Assembly: GCF_001194135.2 (NCBI RefSeq)
Contig: NC_068988.1
Span: 9,351,920 to 9,390,538, forward strand
Direction: 5' to 3'
DNA length: 38,619 nucleotides
DNA from: Octopus bimaculoides
Lineage: Eukaryota
Shown: positions 33,715-38,619 of the stretch, piece after piece
Layout: each line of letters begins with the position of its first letter
Position numbering within the stretch: the stretch's first letter is position 1
Program-made: the position numbers and the translations under genes
The notes under the pieces: model-generated
Databases searched by the model: none
Seen by the model: the letters and a program-made list of their open reading frames with translations, nothing else
Told to the model about the DNA's origin: nothing

Positions 33715-34174
33715 GTGATAATTTATTATTCATTATTAGATACTCGTTAGTCTTGCTGGGTTGAATTATGAATAACTAACTTTTGTAATTTGTAATAAGA
33801 AAAAAATAATGTAATTGGATTTAGTAAAACAATTACAAGGCAATTTTGGAAATACTGCGTAAACGGAGCAGAGAAAAAACACAAATCAAATGAAGATCAA
33901 CAGCATACACTCAGACATCCATCCAGACCCCACCATGTGTAAATCATTTAATGGACATAGTATAAAGATACGAGCTACTAATAGTTGCTTGTTTTGGAAA
34001 TACGGTCAAAGCAGGTTTTTATAACACGCTTTTGTCTCCAAGCAATCCATAAACTCTGAGCACACGGTCTACCCAATTTGCAAATTGGGTCAGCAATGGT
34101 CTTCCTCGGTCACGAGTGGACGACCATTATCATCATGTACGTACGTATATATCCATGCATGTGTGTATATATAT

Positions 34175-34221
<47 letters not shown>

Positions 34222-35172
34222 CAAAGAGAGCGATAGATGGATATAATAATTGATATAGTCGGCAGCAAGCAATATGTACCACAAAGGAAAACTATAATTG
34301 TCATTAAATATGACTGAAGGTGTTAGAAACACCTACATAGCTAGAAATAAGAGCTAAACCCTCTAATGCTGCAGTCAAAGCATATAATTGTATACATACG
34401 TACTGACAGGGGCTGTAACGGTTCGAAAAGAAGCGTTCGAGGTATCTCCAGGCTGATCGGTCAGTTTCGGCTTTTTCACTGTGGCCTCTTCGAAACTAAA
34501 CAAAAAAATAAAATAAAATAAAGACAAACGACTGCACAAAAGAGAGACAAGTTTTGATAAAATAGTGAATTAATTTGATGCTTGAAAGGAAGGGAGTTAG
34601 TAAAGTATAGAAGTGAGATGGAGAAGTTCTTAAGAAAAAAAAAAAAAAAAAAAGGAAAACGGTGAAGTGTTTACCTCGTATTTCGATATTTCGGACTGAA
34701 AATCACGTGTCATGAAATAAAAAAATAAAAAATTAAAAAAAAAACAGAAAAAGAAAACTGACTAGCTCAGTCTGCACAGAATAAAAAAAACAAAAACTAA
34801 TCAATTATATTTCAAATGCTAAAATCGTGGAAGAGAACCTGCAGCATTTTCGAATCGGTTGTGTTACGTCAGTTAATCAAGCAAGCGACAAAGCTTCGAA
34901 CGTATCTCTTATTGAGAGACAGATTGTATAATAAAGAGAATCTAGCTTTTTGAGTCATCATGATACTCGCCCATTGCGGATAACCCACTCCATCTAAATC
35001 ACATTGCTTTATGAAGAAGCAAAGCCCTTGTGATCTTAAACGGTTTACAACAGCTTATCTTCCTTTTGGGGAACCTGACCTATTTTCAAACATGTTGAGT
35101 GTTCTCAACCTCTTACCAATCTTCTGGCACAACGGTTATTCAATTGTCGCAGTATCTCTCTTTCCATGTGAC

Positions 35173-35288
35173 CGATGCCAGTACCGCCTGACAGGCACCC
35201 GTGCCGGTGGCACGTAAAAAGCATCATTCGAGCGTGGTCGATGCCAGTGCCGCCTGACTGGCTCCCATGCCGGTGGCACGTAAAAGTA
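35173..35288 (+). repeat. 66-bp tandem unit x2, fragment of an octopus interspersed repeat
   Basis: CGATGCCAGTRCCGCCTGACWGGCWCCCRTGCCGGTGGCACGTAAAA at 35173 and 35239; each unit contains a GCC-GGT-GGC hairpin. Confidence 0.75.
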
Positions 35289-35289
35289 C

Positions 35290-35562
35290 TAAATTAGAGA
35301 TCCACAAGACTATTTTAAGGGTGCCTGAAAAATTTTTGCTTTAGATGTATGTATTGGTATGCATTGGAAGAACCAGTTAAGTTTCTTTCTCTAACGTTTA
35401 ACATTGTTCAACCTACACAAGTTAAGGTGTGAAAAAGAAAAGAGGAATTTGGAAAGAAGTTTCTATAAAACTAATTCTTAATCATTAAATGGTTATGGGG
35501 ATTCACCAAAATAAATTTGTAATCAAAGGAGTCCAGAGGTCAAAAATTGTTGAGAAACCCTG
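35290..35562. mobile_element. Possible non-autonomous hAT element end
   Basis: It terminates in GTTGAGAAACCCTG (reverse complement CAGGGTTTCTCAAC), a hAT/Charlie-like TIR, exactly where the RTE fragment stops. The partner TIR is uncertain (GAGTGTTCTCAAC near 35097). Confidence 0.4.
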
Positions 35563-35930
35563 GGCTAGACGGAGAACGTGGCAAACCAGGTGGAGTCTCT
35601 GCTACAGTCTCCTGCAGTGGTCGTGACTTGGCTCGTATTAAAATCTCTTCATTTGTGACACGGTCCCGCCGGTTGACCCCACAGGGTCTTTATGAAGCAT
35701 TTTCGATGGAATGCGTTTAGTTTTGTGTCTCGCTGGCATAGATTACAATAGGCAGAACGATGGAGTTATACAGACGAAATTTCAAATGTTTGAGGTCGTC
35801 CAGATGGAACGCAATAGCTGGAACGCTGCGGCCATCTTGCCAATCCTGCATTCTCTGTCTAGTTCCACATCACCAGAGTTGCTTAGAACGCTGCCGAGAT
35901 AGTTATTCTAGACATAAGAAATATTCCACT
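35563..35930 (-). mobile_element. RTE-clade LINE reverse-transcriptase C-terminal fragment
   Basis: YLGSVLSNSGDVELDRECRIGKMAAAFQLLRSIWTTS, FHRKC and RRDRVTNEEILIRAKSRPLQETVAE are characteristic of RTE. Confidence 0.85.
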
Positions 35931-36236
35931 ACATTGAGTACAAGAGACAAAAGAAAGAAAATGTCTGGAAGGAATATTAGAGACGGTTTAAATTAATTCT
36001 TAAAACTAAGCTAAATGCCAAAAATAATGTAAATATCTATTAATACTTTGAATGTTTCATAGATTACTGCTGAAAATATTCTTAACTGAATGGCGAGTGG
36101 ATTAGCAAGATGAGGTAGAAAGACAATGAATTAATGACTGTATTTAGAATATACCACCGTAAATCCGACACAGAAAGATTACAATAAACACACATAGACA
36201 CACATAGACACGCACGAAAACGAACACGCACGCACA

Positions 36237-36306
<70 letters not shown>

Positions 36307-36327
36307 GAGTGAAAGTTCTTGTGTATA

Positions 36328-36428
36328 TTGGTTTCAAACTTTGGCACATGGCCAGCAATTTCGAGAGAGGGGATAAGATAAGTTGATTACATCGGCCCCA
36401 TTCCTCCAATGGTATTTTATCGACCCCA
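36328..36428 (-). mobile_element. 3' part of a type A SINE, abutting the next copy in opposite orientation
   Basis: TTTCAAACTTTGGCAC...GATTACATCGGCCCCA...TTTTATCGACCCC. Confidence 0.7.
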
Positions 36429-36429
36429 A

Positions 36430-36618
36430 GACGGTGAGCTGGCAGAATCGTTAGCACGTCTGGCAAAATGCTTAGCGGTAGTTCGCCCTTCGCTACGTTC
36501 TGAGTTCAAATTCCGTCAAGGTCGACTTTGCTTTTCATCCATTCGGCGTCGATAAATTAAGTACCATTAAAACACTGAGGTCGATGTAATCGATTGCCCC
36601 ATTCCCCCAAATTTCAGG
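36430..36618 (+). mobile_element. Near full-length type A SINE
   Basis: GACGGTGAGCTGGCAGAATCGTTAGCAC...GAGTTCAAATTCC...GGTCGACTTTGCTTTTCATCC. Confidence 0.85.
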
Positions 36619-36740
36619 AATTGAACTTTTTCTATCTACCGTTGAAATATCAAAATATTACGACTCTAGTCTATCACCATATTAAAAGCTGGCGTTTTCC
36701 AATGAAAACAGACATTTGAAGCTTCGTTACTAAATTTTCT

Positions 36741-37123
36741 GGAGGCGCAATGGCCCAGTGGTTAGGGCAGGGGACTCGCGGTCTTAGGATCGCGGTTTCG
36801 ATTCCCAGACCGAGCGTTGTGAGTGTTTATTGAGCGAAAAACACCTAAAGCTCCACGAGGCTCCGGCAGGGGATGGTAGCGAACCCTGTTGTACTCTTTC
36901 ACCACAACTTTCTCTCACTCTTACTTCCTGTTTCTGTTGTGCCTGTAATTCAAAGGGTCAGCCTTGTCACACTGTGTCACGCTGAATATCTCCGAGAACT
37001 ACGTTAAGGGTACACGTGTCTGTGGAGTGCTCAGCCACTTGCACGTTAATTTCACGAGCAGGCTGTTCCGTTGATCGGATCAACTGGTACCCTCGTCGTC
37101 GTAAGCGACGGAGTGCCAGCAAC
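36741..37123 (+). mobile_element. Full-length, young type C SINE
   Basis: Colinear and about 95% identical to 13281-13662 by manual count. Confidence 0.9.
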
Positions 37124-37281
37124 TAGATTTTCTATAGTTCCAAGCAACGAAAATTCAATTCCCATTCCGTCACTCCCATTCTTTTATCAAAATTATTACC
37201 TAACTTCATTCTTCTATTCTATAAGTCTACCTCTACCCAGCTCTGTTCCTCTTTCCTTCTCTATACCCCTACCTCGCCTTA

Positions 37282-37338
<57 letters not shown>

Positions 37339-37431
37339 TTTGCACTCTATATTTTTTCTTTTCTTCACTTCCCCATCTTCTCTCACACCATCACGTTCAT
37401 GACTCTCCTTCCTCGACATTCACTCTTTTAG

Positions 37432-37478
37432 AGCTCTCCAATACGAAGACAGAAAAAGATCTGACGAGTAGACTCATG
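37432..37478 (+). other. Candidate short exon ending in ATG (LSNTKTEKDLTSRLM)
   Basis: A pyrimidine-rich acceptor CACTCTTTTAG (alternative AG 2 nt downstream gives 45 bp) and donor ATG|GTGAGT. Confidence 0.4.
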
Positions 37479-37767
37479 GTGAGTTTATCCTCCTCAAGAA
37501 AGTGCTTACTTATAAGGTTAAGTCTGCTGAAGGCTTTTGCAGTACTTCAGTTACGACGCTTGCTCCACCACCACCGTCGTCAGGAACATCAACATTTCTC
37601 CCCCCTCCCCTTCCTCTCTCTCTCTCTCTCTCTCTTAATTGACACGAAGTTGAAGAATTGTTAAACGTTTGCTTCAAATACCGAAAGATTTCATTTTTAC
37701 CAATTCCGGAGCGTGACTACTTATCGAGATGTCATATCGACATCACTTCATCGTGTTCCTGACAACG

Positions 37768-37829
37768 TCTTCTTCTTCTTCTTCTTCTTCTTCTTCTTCT
37801 TCTTCTTCTTCTTCTTCTTCTTCTTCTCC

Positions 37830-37879
<50 letters not shown>

Positions 37880-38045
37880 GTTGTTGTTGTTGTTGTTGTT
37901 GTTGTTATTATCATCATTATTATTATTATTATTATTAATTTTATTATTATTATTATTATTATTGTTGTTATTATTATTATTATTATTGTTATTATTATTA
38001 TTATTATTATTGTTATTATTATTATTGTTGTTATTATTATTATTA

Positions 38046-38081
<36 letters not shown>

Positions 38082-38170
38082 GTTCTTGTTATTATTATTA
38101 TCATCATCATCATCATTATTATTATTATTGGTGGTGGTAGTAGTAGTAGTGGAGTTGGTGGTGGTTATAG
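37768..38170. repeat. Compound (TTC)n/(TTA)n/(TTG)n microsatellite
   Basis: Direct reading. Confidence 0.95.
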
Positions 38171-38462
38171 TAGTGTCCTTCTTCCTAAGAAGCAGAGAAA
38201 GATGAAGAAACAGAAGGGAACAGAACCGAAATCTCGTTTGTGCCATTACCGAAAGAAAATTCCACGATTTTCTTTCCTATTTCCTTTTCTCATGATGGCT
38301 GCAACGAGAGACGAGATAACAAACAAATAAATAAATAGAAGAAATAAATAAATAAAGAAAGAAAGAAAGAAAGAAAGAAATAGAAGAAATAAATAATAAT
38401 AAACAAAAACTAGAGCCCTCCAAATACGTAAAGTTTAACAATCTGCCTAAAACCAAATAATG

Positions 38463-38526
<64 letters not shown>

Positions 38527-38619
38527 TCATGCCTCCTCATTGATATGACTGTCCCAATCGATATAAACGTATCTGTCAAGACCTACCAAAAACTGAGCAA
38601 ATATAAAGATCTTGAAATA

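Noticed and set aside
2193-37478. Joining all plus-strand exon candidates into one CDS
   Set aside because: Phases are incompatible, some candidates have stops in all frames, and no protein family is recognisable.
4337-38579. Numerous long ORFs of poly-X, poly-I/N/D/S/Y and alternating HT, CV or YI
   Set aside because: They result from translating N-gaps and di/trinucleotide microsatellites, which lack stop codons; they are not genes.

Overview
AT-rich eukaryotic DNA dominated by repeats, from a gapped draft assembly: 16 N-runs totalling roughly 5 kb, almost all flanked by microsatellites. The SINE families, the microsatellite load and the decayed LINE, Penelope-like and mariner relics point to a cephalopod, most likely Octopus; this is inferred from recalled repeat families, not from a search. 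I cannot identify any intact host gene, rRNA, tRNA or CRISPR array, and nearly all long ORFs in the track are artefacts of N-runs or simple repeats. Supported features are an internally deleted mariner, a Tc1/mariner-type MITE, two Penelope-like retroelement relics, two CR1/L2-group LINE fragments, an RTE fragment, R4/Dong-like fragments at (TAA)n, a half mariner with the D34D spacing and its right TIR, about four tRNA-derived SINE types, and several minisatellites. The most interesting items are hammerhead-ribozyme-like cores (best at 22045-22078, minus strand), an in-frame R4-endonuclease/mariner chimeric ORF (30626-31162), a promoter-like ETS/YY1 motif cluster (8225-8717) and several exon-like islands with canonical splice sites. 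I see no convincing evidence for a new biological system; these are leads to test.
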